Shown: positions 15,996 through 25,298, counted from the stretch's first letter. The stretch: 64,000 bases of DNA from a virus (IMGVR_UViG_2627854282_000001:49354-113353), one strand, 5' to 3'. Program-made: numbers and translations. Notes: generated from the letters alone by a model not told the origin.

Positions 15996-17351
15996 ATGAA
16001 CGCATTCAATCACGACATCGCAAGACTTTCGGCCGGCGTCGCCGCATGCGCGCTTGCCGATATCGACGTTTCGAACGTCATCCCCTTCGCACCGCGCCCG
16101 GTCGATCCGGTCGCCGACATGCCCGAACCGATTGCGGCCGAACCGGTCGCGGAAGCCGCGGCCGCGGCGGAAGCGCCGGCCGCCTCCCTCGCACCGGCAA
16201 CCGCCGTTGTCGACCGCGCCGCTCTCACGCGCGCCCTGGATTTCATCGCCAATGTAGTTGAACGGCGCAACACGATTCCGATCCTCTCCAATGTCATGCT
16301 GGCCGCTTCCGACAACGGCCTGGTCGTTACCGGAACCGATCTGGATATCGAGATTTCAGTCGCTGTCTCCGGTGCTATCGACTCGCATTTCGCGCTCACA
16401 TTGCCGGCGCACACGCTGAGGGATTTGCTGAAGCGCGCATCCGCCAGCGAATTCGTCGGCTTCACGTCGCCGAACCTGAGCGACGACGATGCCTGGGCCG
16501 CCACGGTCGATCTGGAAAAGGTCAAATATCAGCTCCAGATGCTTCCGGTCGCCGACTTCCCGTCGCTTCACTATGGCGCATCCAGCCATTGCTTTTCCGT
16601 TCCGGGCGCCGATCTGGTCGACGGCTTCGGCGGCGTCGCCATGGCGATCTCGACCGAGGAGACCCGCTACTACCTGAATGGCGTCTACCTTCACCATGTC
16701 GAACCGCGCGCCATCGACCGCTATCATGGCGATCTCGGGGCCTTGCGCATGGTGGCAACCGACGGGCACCGCATGTGCCGCCAGGATTTGACCGCCAGCG
16801 AAGGCATGGCCGGCATGCCTGGTGTGATCCTGCCGCGCAAGACGGTCGCGCTGCTCCAGAAGCTTCTCAAGGGCAAGGCATGCCCGGCGACGGTCGACAT
16901 CGGCGTCAACGAAACCAAGATGCGCTTCAGCTTCGACGGCGTCACCATCACGTCAAAGCTGATTGATGGTTCCTATCCCGACTATCAGCGCGTCATCCCG
17001 ACCAATAACGACAAGCCGGCGACGTTCAAGTCGGCTGAGCTCGCCGAAGGCATTCGCTCGGTATCGCTGATTTCCAGCGCGCGCAATCGCGGCGTCAAGC
17101 TGGATGTCAGCGCCGACGCTTGCCGCCTGACGGCCCACGACGTCGACAACGGCACCGCCGTCGCTGAAATCGCGGCCACCTATGCCGGCGACAGTTTGGA
17201 AATTGGCTTCAACCCGAGCTATCTGCAGGCATTCATCGACACGGCGGAATCCGAGACCATCACGCTCACCCTCGCCGATGCCGGCTCGCCGACGCTGATC
17301 ACCGGCGACCGCAAGGGCTGGCTTGGCGTGCTGATGCCGATGCGCGTCTGA
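15996..17351 (+). CDS. dnaN: DNA polymerase III beta sliding-clamp homolog with ~90-aa Ala/Pro-rich N-terminal extension (451 aa)
   Basis: RRNTIPILSNVMLAASDNGLVVTGTDLDIEISV, ISTEETRYYLNGVYL, MVATDGHRM, SKLIDGSYPDYQRVIP and C-terminal LGVLMPMRV are DnaN signatures. Confidence 0.8.
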   Translation: MNAFNHDIARLSAGVAACALADIDVSNVIPFAPRPVDPVADMPEPIAAEPVAEAAAAAEAPAASLAPATAVVDRAALTRALDFIANVVERRNTIPILSNVMLAASDNGLVVTGTDLDIEISVAVSGAIDSHFALTLPAHTLRDLLKRASASEFVGFTSPNLSDDDAWAATVDLEKVKYQLQMLPVADFPSLHYGASSHCFSVPGADLVDGFGGVAMAISTEETRYYLNGVYLHHVEPRAIDRYHGDLGALRMVATDGHRMCRQDLTASEGMAGMPGVILPRKTVALLQKLLKGKACPATVDIGVNETKMRFSFDGVTITSKLIDGSYPDYQRVIPTNNDKPATFKSAELAEGIRSVSLISSARNRGVKLDVSADACRLTAHDVDNGTAVAEIAATYAGDSLEIGFNPSYLQAFIDTAESETITLTLADAGSPTLITGDRKGWLGVLMPMRV

Positions 17352-17377
17352 CATTGCACTAGCAATGCAAGAACATT

Positions 17378-17409
17378 GCGGGCGGCGGGTTTCGCCGCCT
17401 GCTTTCTCC
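17378..17409 (+). terminator. putative intrinsic terminator after dnaN homolog
   Basis: GCGGGCGGCGGG-TTTC-GCCGCCTGC hairpin followed by TTTCTCC, preceded by the CATTGC-ACTAG-CAATG inverted repeat at 17352-17376. Confidence 0.35.
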
Positions 17410-17412
17410 CCC

Positions 17413-17444
17413 GGCTCTTGCCCTAACCGATAAGGATTTTGCAA
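17413..17444 (+). promoter_or_regulatory. leader motif copy 7 (GGCTCTTGCCC-TAACC-GATAAGGA)
   Basis: ATG at 17445. Confidence 0.45.
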
Positions 17445-17705
17445 ATGCTGAAGCTTCTCGCTCGCATTGAACCGGACCGCGAATATGCCCGCCATGGCTA
17501 CGAGCAAGTCGCGGTCTATCGCTCGCTCTCTGAGCTGCCGGTCGCGGTCTATCCCTTCTTCTTCGAATCCATGCCCATACGCGGTCAGAAGCTCATCCAC
17601 CGCGACGGATTCACCTACGAGCTGGAATGGCTGCCCGATCTGATCGGCCCGCCCGTTCCCGTCGCCGCGCTTCGCTTGCGCGCGCTTCACCGCCGCGCCG
17701 CCTGA
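17445..17705 (+). CDS. hypothetical protein (86 aa)
   Basis: ATG 8 nt after the AAGGA SD and leader motif. Confidence 0.45.
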   Translation: MLKLLARIEPDREYARHGYEQVAVYRSLSELPVAVYPFFFESMPIRGQKLIHRDGFTYELEWLPDLIGPPVPVAALRLRALHRRAA

Positions 17706-17713
17706 TCAACCTG

Positions 17714-17748
17714 GGGCGCTCGCCCTAACCGGAAAGGAATTTTCCATC
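17714..17748 (+). promoter_or_regulatory. leader motif copy 8 (GGGCGCTCGCCC-TAACC-GGAAAGGA)
   Basis: ATG at 17749. Confidence 0.5.
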
Positions 17749-19104
17749 ATGCGTCACAATCCGAAGATCAATGCCTTTCTCGACAAGCTGGCATCGGCCG
17801 GCGTGACCTACCGCACCAACTGGGAGACGCGGCGCGACGGCAAGCCGCTTTCCAATGGCCGCCCATTCGGCGACGTGATCCATCTGACTTTCGTCGGCAA
17901 CGGCTTCAGCCCGAGCGTGGGAACCGCCATCGTCGTCGACTACGGCGACCGCGACGGTTTCGGCATCTACTACGAAGCCGAGACCAACAGCATTGACGAT
18001 GATATCGCCCGGATCGCGAAGCCGCGCGCGAAGGACGTCGCCGAGAGCGCCGTGCCAGACATGCTGGCGGCACTGCATGCCGTTATGCAGTGCGCGCGCG
18101 GCGAACTGGAGCGCCCGGTAACACAGCGCCAGCCATGGGGCGAGGTGCAGCAGCTTGTTGAGACCGCCATCGCCAAGGCGGAAGCGACCGGGATCAAGGA
18201 GCGGGCGCCTGTCACCGGTCCCCACCATGGGCCATCATTGGCTGACCAGCTCCGGCTGATCGCCGCGCTTGCCGGTACGACGGACCGGCGCGGCCACCAG
18301 GACCAGCGCGACGCGGCAGCCTTTGCCGAGACCGTCACCGCCGACATGCTGGCCGCACTGAAGGCGCTTTTGCCCGAAGTCGACAACGAAATCGAGCAGC
18401 GCCAACACGGCGGAAACGACGAGGATTGGGAGGAGCTCAAGGTCGCTGACATGCGGAAAATGCTTGTCCACATGGGCGTCAATCTTCGCTGCTACGGCAA
18501 CGTCGAGGTCGCGGCCAATACCGTCGAGGCCGCGTTGGCGCAAATCACAGCCGACTTCATCGCCGATAAGATCGTCATCAAGGAAACCACGACCGATAGC
18601 GGTCAGGATTTGGCCGTGATCGACGTGCGCGACGCCGAGACCGGCGAAGAACTGGCGAACTATGGTGGCCACCATCTTCCGAGCCCATACGATCCGCAAC
18701 CCGACGCCGAGCTGCTGGCGGCACTGAAGCGTCTTCGACGGGTCGCAGTTTGGGATGACGACACAGACATGGAGGAATACCGCACAGCGACGGCCGAAGC
18801 GGATGCCGCCATCGCCAAGGCGGAGCGGGATGTGACGGCTTGGCTGGAGACGGAAATGTGCCGACGCGTGTTGGCGGAATTCGTACGAGGTCAGAAGGCT
18901 GTCGCCCTCTATTCCGCGCCAGCAACCGAAACACCACGCGACAGCTTGCTGGCTCGCATCCTCCACCGGATCGAGAACGATGGCCCCAAGATCCAGCGCG
19001 AAGGCCATACCGAAGTCGGGGTCTGGGATGAGACGGCGTTGGCCGAAATGATCAAGGCAGAATTCGGTCGGGCCGCCAAGGCGGAGGACCGCGCCAATGG
19101 CTGA
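17749..19104 (+). CDS. acidic hypothetical protein (451 aa)
   Basis: Leader motif plus GGAAAGGA SD; long non-repetitive ORF. Confidence 0.55.
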   Translation: MRHNPKINAFLDKLASAGVTYRTNWETRRDGKPLSNGRPFGDVIHLTFVGNGFSPSVGTAIVVDYGDRDGFGIYYEAETNSIDDDIARIAKPRAKDVAESAVPDMLAALHAVMQCARGELERPVTQRQPWGEVQQLVETAIAKAEATGIKERAPVTGPHHGPSLADQLRLIAALAGTTDRRGHQDQRDAAAFAETVTADMLAALKALLPEVDNEIEQRQHGGNDEDWEELKVADMRKMLVHMGVNLRCYGNVEVAANTVEAALAQITADFIADKIVIKETTTDSGQDLAVIDVRDAETGEELANYGGHHLPSPYDPQPDAELLAALKRLRRVAVWDDDTDMEEYRTATAEADAAIAKAERDVTAWLETEMCRRVLAEFVRGQKAVALYSAPATETPRDSLLARILHRIENDGPKIQREGHTEVGVWDETALAEMIKAEFGRAAKAEDRANG

Positions 19105-19510
19105 AGCTCTCAAGGTCTATTCCGTCGTGATCGTCTGGAACGACGACAACGACGAAGGCACCTATGGCGATACGGTCCGCGCCCGCGATTCCGAGCATGC
19201 CGAGCGCATCGTGAGGGCGCGCATGATGCGAAGCATGTGGGCGGAATGGCGCCGCGACAAGACGATGACGAAAAGCGATATCGCCGAACTCTACGCCACG
19301 CCGACCTATGACGGCGTCCAATATTTCGGCGAATGCGTCGAATGCAGCGAAGGCGCGTCATGGAAGGCGGTGGATATGGAGAAGGCGCTGCGGGCGCTCG
19401 CTCTAGCCTGCCAAGGGCACATCAGAAAGCTTGAACCGCATGAGACCGACGAGATCGCAGCGCCATTACAAGAGGCGCTGAAAGTCATCGCCGAGATCGA
19501 CGCGATTTGA
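19097..19510 (+). CDS. hypothetical protein (137 aa)
   Basis: Start overlaps the upstream stop; protein-like. Confidence 0.5.
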   Translation: MAEALKVYSVVIVWNDDNDEGTYGDTVRARDSEHAERIVRARMMRSMWAEWRRDKTMTKSDIAELYATPTYDGVQYFGECVECSEGASWKAVDMEKALRALALACQGHIRKLEPHETDEIAAPLQEALKVIAEIDAI

Positions 19511-19514
19511 AACC

Positions 19515-19547
19515 GGGCACTGGCCCTAACCTGAAAGGATCTGACAC
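19515..19547 (+). promoter_or_regulatory. leader motif copy 9 (GGGCACTGGCCC-TAACC-TGAAAGGA)
   Basis: ATG at 19548. Confidence 0.5.
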
Positions 19548-20072
19548 ATGGGTGACCGCTGCTATCTGGAACTGCGCCTGCGCGGGCGCATCGAAACCGT
19601 CGAGGCCTTCGAAAAGATCGTCGCGCTGTTCGAGGAAAACAACTGGCAGGTGGCCGAATACGACGCGGCCGGGCGCACGCTCGAAATGACGGAAAGCCTT
19701 GTCGTCGGCGACGCGAACGGCGAGGCGCCGACGTTCTACCTGAACGAATGCAACTATGCCGATATCGGCGAGGAAGAGGCGGAGCTGCAGGAGATCGGCA
19801 TCGCTTACGAAGTCTCGCACGAGGAAGGCGGCGATTACGGGGCCGGCGCGTGGTCATGGTCGTCGGCGCGCGGCAAGGTCGAAGCTGGCCGCATCAAAAA
19901 TCAAGGCGCATCGGTCTCGATAGCCGCACTGGAAGCCGCGCTCAAGCAGCCCGACCCGCTCGCCGCCGTCAAGGCCATTGTGGACGCCGGCAACGCGGCG
20001 GAGGGCACAGATTTGCCTGGCTATTCGCTGTCAGATGAGGTCAAGGCTTGGCTGGCCAAGGAGGGCAACTGA
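19548..20072 (+). CDS. hypothetical protein (174 aa)
   Basis: Leader motif plus GAAAGGA SD. Confidence 0.5.
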   Translation: MGDRCYLELRLRGRIETVEAFEKIVALFEENNWQVAEYDAAGRTLEMTESLVVGDANGEAPTFYLNECNYADIGEEEAELQEIGIAYEVSHEEGGDYGAGAWSWSSARGKVEAGRIKNQGASVSIAALEAALKQPDPLAAVKAIVDAGNAAEGTDLPGYSLSDEVKAWLAKEGN

Positions 20073-20872
20073 TGAGCAACCGCAAAGGGATTGGCGGGCA
20101 TCAGTCCGCGCGTGCCAACACCGAGGTCTGGCTGACCCCGCCCGATCTGCTGGAAGCGCTTGGCGGTGCCGAGGCGTTCGATCTGGACCCATGCGCGGCG
20201 CTGGGGCAACCATGGCCGACGGCGCGCCAGCATTTCACCATCGAGGATGACGGTCTCGCCCTGCCCTGGCATGGCCGCGTCTGGATGAATCCGCCCTACA
20301 CGTCGGGCATCATCGGGAAATGGCTTGGCAAGCTCGCCAAGCACGGCGACGGCATCGCCTTGACCTTTGCCCGGACCGAGACCGAGGCATTCCACCGTAC
20401 CGTCTGGGAGCAATGCGACGCGCTGCTCTTTCTGGAGGGTCGCCTCTTCTTCCATGTCGCCGAGGAGACGACTTTCAAGCTGAAGAACGGCGAGGTCGTC
20501 CGGGAAATCGTCGTTCCCAAGGGAGGGAAGGCGCCGGCCAATGGCGGCGCCCCGTCGGTCCTGTGCGCATATGGGATGGACAGCGCCGACATCCTGGCGG
20601 AGTCCGGTCTGCAAGGCAGCTTTGTGCCGCTTCGCTGGCGCGTTCTGACCTTCGGTTTCGAGACGGTCGGGACGTGGATCGAGGAGGTCATGGCACTGAT
20701 CGCCGGCCGCAACGAGCCGGTCACGCTCGATTGGCTGTACCGGAAGCTCGCCGGATCGCCGAAGGCGAAGCGCAATCCCAACTGGAAGGCGAAGATTCGC
20801 CAAACCCTCCAGCGCGGACCGTTCGAGGCCTTGGGCGGCGGCGTCTGGCAGCAAGCCAGCTTGGAGGTATGA
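20072..20872 (+). CDS. phage Dam-type N6-adenine DNA methyltransferase (266 aa)
   Basis: VWMNPPYT (NPPY motif IV) and overall resemblance to the phage N-6-adenine-methyltransferase family. The ATG at 20072 overlaps the upstream stop. Confidence 0.75.
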   Translation: MSNRKGIGGHQSARANTEVWLTPPDLLEALGGAEAFDLDPCAALGQPWPTARQHFTIEDDGLALPWHGRVWMNPPYTSGIIGKWLGKLAKHGDGIALTFARTETEAFHRTVWEQCDALLFLEGRLFFHVAEETTFKLKNGEVVREIVVPKGGKAPANGGAPSVLCAYGMDSADILAESGLQGSFVPLRWRVLTFGFETVGTWIEEVMALIAGRNEPVTLDWLYRKLAGSPKAKRNPNWKAKIRQTLQRGPFEALGGGVWQQASLEV

Positions 20873-20875
20873 GCC

Positions 20876-21094
20876 ATGTCGATGAAGGTTCCCACGAAAC
20901 TCCAAGAGCAGGCGAGCGCCGTCGGCATGACGGTCGAGAATGACGCCTACGACATCGGCTATTTCAAGCGTTATTTCGGCTGGCCGCGCGAAGGCGGCGA
21001 CCGCCAGCGGCAAGGCTGGAGCGATTGCAACCAGCAGCTCGCCGACGAAGGGCGCGACGCGCACCCAAACGCCGTGCACGAGGCAGCGCCATGA
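20876..21094 (+). CDS. hypothetical protein (72 aa)
   Basis: ATG 4 nt after the upstream stop. Confidence 0.4.
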   Translation: MSMKVPTKLQEQASAVGMTVENDAYDIGYFKRYFGWPREGGDRQRQGWSDCNQQLADEGRDAHPNAVHEAAP

Positions 21095-21330
21095 AGCGCA
21101 CAGCCAAGCTCTACGACTTCGCCGCCGAGCGCGACCACCGCGCCCAGGATTTGGCGGCGCTGCTGGAGACATCAGACGCGCTCGAATGTCCCCACTGCCA
21201 GGCGGAAACCAAGCCGTTCGGGGTCGACGTCAACAAGACCGTCAGCTACCGCTGCAAGCGCGGCCACGGCTGGCGCGTCGACGCCAACGGCGACCTGATG
21301 CGCGGCCTGAAAGGAAAGAGGTATTGGTGA
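21091..21330 (+). CDS. zinc-finger hypothetical protein (79 aa)
   Basis: CPHCQ...YRCKRGH pattern; ATG overlaps the upstream stop. Confidence 0.45.
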   Translation: MKRTAKLYDFAAERDHRAQDLAALLETSDALECPHCQAETKPFGVDVNKTVSYRCKRGHGWRVDANGDLMRGLKGKRYW

Positions 21331-21752
21331 TGACGGACAAGCACCCTCCCCTGTGCCGCTACTGCGGTAAGCCGATCGCAAAGAAGACCAAGAGCGTGTT
21401 CTTCGGCGACCAATTCGCCAGCCAAGCCCGTCTTCATGACGACATGTTCACCTACAAGGCGGAGCGGCCGCGCTCGAAAGAGGAAGCGCAACGGCTGCTC
21501 AACCAGCAGATCGTTTCGGTGAGATGGGCACGGGGCGAGGAGTACGCAGCCAAGCAAGCCGGCTTCGACCACATCACCCACGCGACAACATGGGACGGCG
21601 AGTCCTATGTCGACCCCTATTTCTGCAATGGCGCGCACGCCAAGGATTTTGCCTATCTGCATGCCAAGGCCGGCGCCGCCACGACCACCTACACGGCGGC
21701 AAACGCCAAGCGATTTGCCGAACAACAGGCGAAGAAAGGGGGGCAACCATGA
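21330..21752 (+). CDS. zinc-ribbon hypothetical protein (140 aa)
   Basis: CRYCGKPI...FCNGAH; overlapping start and stop. Confidence 0.45.
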   Translation: MTDKHPPLCRYCGKPIAKKTKSVFFGDQFASQARLHDDMFTYKAERPRSKEEAQRLLNQQIVSVRWARGEEYAAKQAGFDHITHATTWDGESYVDPYFCNGAHAKDFAYLHAKAGAATTTYTAANAKRFAEQQAKKGGQP

Positions 21753-21979
21753 TCAATCAGCAGAAAATCGCTCGCTGCGCAAAAGCCACCGACATCATCA
21801 TCGACAAGGCCGGCGAAGCTTCCGACGCGCTGCGCATCATCTTCACCAACGGCTACGGCATCCTCTCCGATCCGAGCAACGTTCGGGGGAACCTCCGCAC
21901 AGCAAAGGAAGCGATCGACGCCGCCTTGACCACGATGAAGGATACCGACTGGCCCACCCTCGCCGACTATGGCGAGTGA
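21749..21979 (+). CDS. hypothetical protein (76 aa)
   Basis: Coupled ATG (MINQQKIARCAKATDIIID...). Confidence 0.4.
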   Translation: MINQQKIARCAKATDIIIDKAGEASDALRIIFTNGYGILSDPSNVRGNLRTAKEAIDAALTTMKDTDWPTLADYGE

Positions 21980-22036
21980 GAAGACCGCAATCAAAATCCC
22001 CCTCGCCGCTTGGCATAGCCGAAAAGGAGTTGTTCG

Positions 22037-22576
22037 ATGAAGATCCACCTCGTCAAAGGCCGTGAATTCCAGTCCGACGCGCCGCGCGTCGAAGCGCATG
22101 CCATGCTGGCGACCGCGAACATGGAGGCCGCGTCAATGGTGAATACCATGCGCGCCGAGCGTGGCATGCCCGCAACAGCATCGGCCGACACATGGCAGCA
22201 AGGCCTTGCCGAGATGAACGCCGCAGGAGGTGGCGCGATCCCTGCCTCCGTGAAGATCGGCGAGACCGAGCTGAAGGGTCTCGCCATGCGCGACTGGCGC
22301 ATCTCGGACGGCCAGCACGACGGCATCACCTTCTTGCCCTGGCCGATGGAGATCGAGGCGAACCTGCCCGAGGCATTCACTATGCGCTTTTGGCATCCCG
22401 ACGACATCAACAAGACGCCGGGCAAGCAGCGCGAGGTCTGGATCGAGATCGACGGCGCCGCGGTGGTGATCCACTGCTACGATTCCGACCACGATGAGCC
22501 GGTGAACGTTCGCATCGAGCGCGACGGCATCAGCGTCGATTCCGACCGCATGACGGGCAAGATCACCATCGATTGA
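22037..22576 (+). CDS. hypothetical protein (179 aa)
   Basis: GAAAAGGAG SD 7 nt upstream. Confidence 0.5.
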   Translation: MKIHLVKGREFQSDAPRVEAHAMLATANMEAASMVNTMRAERGMPATASADTWQQGLAEMNAAGGGAIPASVKIGETELKGLAMRDWRISDGQHDGITFLPWPMEIEANLPEAFTMRFWHPDDINKTPGKQREVWIEIDGAAVVIHCYDSDHDEPVNVRIERDGISVDSDRMTGKITID

Positions 22577-22622
22577 GGCTTGCGCGGCGGCGCAAACACG
22601 CCCAGAACGGACCAGCATCCAC

Positions 22623-22654
22623 GGGCTCTTGCCCTCACCTAGAAGGAGTTTTTC
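22623..22654 (+). promoter_or_regulatory. leader motif copy 10 (GGGCTCTTGCCC-TCACC-TAGAAGGAG)
   Basis: ATG at 22655. A weaker variant (GCCGCTTGGCATAGCC-GAAAAGGAG) at 22005-22028 precedes the ATG at 22037. Confidence 0.45.
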
Positions 22655-23695
22655 ATGCCATCGAGCTTTGGCACAAATCACTTTGTAAACCTGGATGCCG
22701 CCTCTCGGTACTACGAGGCATATGGCGAAGGCGGACCAACGTCCATCAAGCAAATGATCGCGGAAGGCCGCATTGCCATCGGCCCACCTCCCTGCAAGCC
22801 AGATGAACGCGCCATCCTGAACCGTGAGGAGGGCCGATACTTTCGTGAGATCGTCGATGTCGCCCAACTGGCGCATCAGCCGGCCGCTGCCGCCGCCCCA
22901 AGCATGAAAAAGGAAGGAGCACGCATGAAGATTTCGAATGAGATCCTGGCCGTGCTGAGCACCGCCACCACGGACGGCCCGCGCCTGTTCCTGCATGGCG
23001 AACTCGATCGGAAGCTATATCAGGAGGTCAACAAAGTGCTGGAGGCCAACGGCGGCAAATGGAACCGCTCCGCTCGCGCCCATGTCTTCAGCGAACCGGC
23101 GGCCGAGGCGATCGAGCAGGTTCTGCTGACGGGCGAGTTTCAGAATATCAAGCAAGACCTTGGCCAGTTCGACACGCCCGATTTAGTCGCCGGTCGCGTG
23201 GCTGAACTTGCTGAGGTGCGCGAAAATATGACCGTCCTGGAGCCGAGCGCGGGGATTGGCAACCTCGTCGCCGCCATTCTCAAACGCCTGCCGGAGCCGG
23301 CGAGGATCATCATTCGCGCCAACGAGATCGATGAGAAACGCTGCCGCCAGCTTTCGGAACGCTTCGACATCGTGTCCGGCGTGCGCTGTGGCCGTGTCGA
23401 CTTCATGAAGGTCGACCCGGCTGCTGTCTCGCCCTACGATCGGGTGCTGATGAACCCGCCGTTCGCCAAACAGGCCGATATCGCCCACGTCATGCATGCC
23501 AGCCGCTTTGTGAAGCCGGGCGGCCGGCTTGTCTCGATCATGTCGGCGAGCGTCACCTTCCGCTCCGACGCCAGGACGAAGGCATTCCGCGAATTCGTTG
23601 ACGCCAACGAAGGCGTAATTGAGCGCCTGCCGGAAGGCGCCTTCAAGGAATCCGGCACCGCCGTGAACGCGGTGATCGTTTCGGTCAACCTCTGA
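22655..23695 (+). CDS. N6-adenine DNA methyltransferase (346 aa)
   Basis: FDTPDL...VLEPSAGIGNL (motif I) and LMNPPFAKQ (motif IV, NPPF). Leader motif plus GAAGGAG SD. Confidence 0.7.
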   Translation: MPSSFGTNHFVNLDAASRYYEAYGEGGPTSIKQMIAEGRIAIGPPPCKPDERAILNREEGRYFREIVDVAQLAHQPAAAAAPSMKKEGARMKISNEILAVLSTATTDGPRLFLHGELDRKLYQEVNKVLEANGGKWNRSARAHVFSEPAAEAIEQVLLTGEFQNIKQDLGQFDTPDLVAGRVAELAEVRENMTVLEPSAGIGNLVAAILKRLPEPARIIIRANEIDEKRCRQLSERFDIVSGVRCGRVDFMKVDPAAVSPYDRVLMNPPFAKQADIAHVMHASRFVKPGGRLVSIMSASVTFRSDARTKAFREFVDANEGVIERLPEGAFKESGTAVNAVIVSVNL

Positions 23696-23701
23696 ACTGC
23701 C

Positions 23702-23735
23702 GGGCTCTCGCCCTAACCTCGAAAGGAGAACCACC
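23702..23735 (+). promoter_or_regulatory. leader motif copy 11 (GGGCTCTCGCCC-TAACC-TCGAAAGGAG)
   Basis: ATG at 23736. Confidence 0.5.
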
Positions 23736-24182
23736 ATGACCACCATTGGGAAACTGCTGCTCGCCATCCGCGCCCTGATCCGCCGGCCAGCCGCCCACAA
23801 ATCTCTTGCGGAGTGGGCCGCCGAGATGGAAGCCGACAACGTCAAGCATACCGAGGAGCGCGCCGCCGCTCAGCGCGCTGGCCTGAACGAGGCGCAGGCC
23901 AATATATCGAAATTGCCGCCGATATGTGCGGCCTATCTGATCGCCGACATGTCGCCAATCATGATCAAGGCCGGCGAAATCGGCTACTATCCCGCGCCGC
24001 ACAAGCTGGACGTTCGCATCTGGAACGAACGGCGCGGCATCGAACCCTGGCACGTCAACGCCATGATGGCCGGCAGCGCCTTCGGCTGGGAGATTCCGGC
24101 CGCCGACTGCGACGAGCCGTCCAACCGGCGCTGCGACCCATACAAGGGCACACCTTGGGAGAAAGGGGCTGTTGCAGCATGA
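23736..24182 (+). CDS. hypothetical protein (148 aa)
   Basis: Leader motif plus GAAAGGAG SD. Confidence 0.45.
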   Translation: MTTIGKLLLAIRALIRRPAAHKSLAEWAAEMEADNVKHTEERAAAQRAGLNEAQANISKLPPICAAYLIADMSPIMIKAGEIGYYPAPHKLDVRIWNERRGIEPWHVNAMMAGSAFGWEIPAADCDEPSNRRCDPYKGTPWEKGAVAA

Positions 24183-24655
24183 TCGCTCTCGGTCCTCTCG
24201 TCGTTCTCATCATCATCGGCGCCGTCGTCGCGATCGGCTTGATCCCGGCGCGGCCGGAAGACCATCTCCTCGACTTCCGGGCCAAATGCCGCAAGGATGG
24301 CCTGACCTTCCAGGAGACCGAGGCAGCGCTCGGCGCCAGGATCGCCTTCGTCAGCCTCCGCCGGCGCGCCTCGAACCTATGCGTCGACGCCGGCGGCCAC
24401 GTCACTCGGGACCAGATCAACGAGATCGCCAGGCATCTGGCGATCGGTCTGGCGGCCTCGCACGGCCAGGATGCCGCGAAACGGTTCATCGCCTGGGTGG
24501 AATCCTGCCCCGACGAGGAGATCCTCTATGACGACGCCCGCGGCCGCCGTCACCACAGGATTTCGGGCGAGCTCGCCCGGAAGGGACTGCACGCCAACAA
24601 AAAGGCTGCTATGCACGAGGACTTCAAGCACGCTCTGAAGGTCATCAAGCGGTAG
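24179..24655 (+). CDS. membrane-anchored hypothetical protein (158 aa)
   Basis: N-terminal MIALGPLVVLIIIGAVVAIGLI transmembrane segment; coupled start. Confidence 0.45.
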   Translation: MIALGPLVVLIIIGAVVAIGLIPARPEDHLLDFRAKCRKDGLTFQETEAALGARIAFVSLRRRASNLCVDAGGHVTRDQINEIARHLAIGLAASHGQDAAKRFIAWVESCPDEEILYDDARGRRHHRISGELARKGLHANKKAAMHEDFKHALKVIKR

Positions 24656-24665
24656 AATTGCAATC

Positions 24666-24694
24666 GGGCTCTCGCCCTCACCCGTGGAGGTCAC
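24666..24694 (+). promoter_or_regulatory. leader motif copy 12 (GGGCTCTCGCCC-TCACCC-GTGGAGG)
   Basis: ATG at 24695. Confidence 0.45.
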
Positions 24695-24988
24695 ATGGAC
24701 GGAGTTACAAAGATGCCGGCACGATTCGTCTTCCGACGCTGGAACGCCGACGATTTCGCGGCAGCGCTGAAAGCGGCCGGCTTATCGAGAAACGACTTCA
24801 TGTTCATGACCGGCCGCCATTCGGATGGCGTCGCGAAGTACCTCGATCCGAACGACAGCAGCTCGCCGACGCTGGCGGAGATGATCCTGGTCGAGCTGGC
24901 CGGCCGGAGCCCAGAGCGGCGCGCCGAGATCATGCAACTGGCCGACGAGAAGATGATCGACATGGGCAACCGGAAGGATCGCCGATGA
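24695..24988 (+). CDS. hypothetical protein (97 aa)
   Basis: Leader motif (CTCACC variant) plus GGAGG SD. Confidence 0.4.
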   Translation: MDGVTKMPARFVFRRWNADDFAAALKAAGLSRNDFMFMTGRHSDGVAKYLDPNDSSSPTLAEMILVELAGRSPERRAEIMQLADEKMIDMGNRKDRR

Positions 24989-25236
24989 GCGACTTCAAGG
25001 ACTGGATGGCGCGCACCGGGCTGACCCCGAAGACCGTGCAGGAGCATTTCGGGGTCTCCCACAACGTGACTTGGACGCTCGGCAAGGAAGACGCCGAGCT
25101 CGATCTGCGGACACGGCTGGCTATGTCGGCCGTCGCCGCCGGCCTCCAACCCTGGGCGCCGGAGAATGCCCACGAGCCGGAAGCGGTCCGCCCTGTGCTC
25201 GATGCTGTCCGGAAGGCGCTGGCGCCGCCGGAATAA
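24985..25236 (+). CDS. hypothetical protein (83 aa)
   Basis: ATG overlapping the upstream stop (MSDFKDWMARTGLTPKTVQEHF...). Confidence 0.4.
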   Translation: MSDFKDWMARTGLTPKTVQEHFGVSHNVTWTLGKEDAELDLRTRLAMSAVAAGLQPWAPENAHEPEAVRPVLDAVRKALAPPE

Positions 25237-25265
25237 AAACGGCGATGTTACCGGATAATTACCCC

Positions 25266-25298
25266 GCCCCCTTGGGCTAACCGAAAGGAGATTTTCAG
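25266..25298 (+). promoter_or_regulatory. leader motif copy 13 (GCCCCCTTGGGC-TAACC-GAAAGGAG)
   Basis: Swapped stem polarity; ATG at 25299. Confidence 0.5.

Noticed and set aside
20021-21172. 383-aa minus-strand ORF
   Set aside because: Antisense to the Dam-type methyltransferase and small plus-strand genes; low-complexity translation.
9438-25298. Interpreting the recurrent TAACC element as a sigma70 or phage-sigma -10 box
   Set aside because: It sits only 10-20 nt from the ATG and directly abuts the SD, leaving no room for a 5-prime UTR. The GC hairpin is immediately adjacent, with no -35-like partner at a consistent distance.
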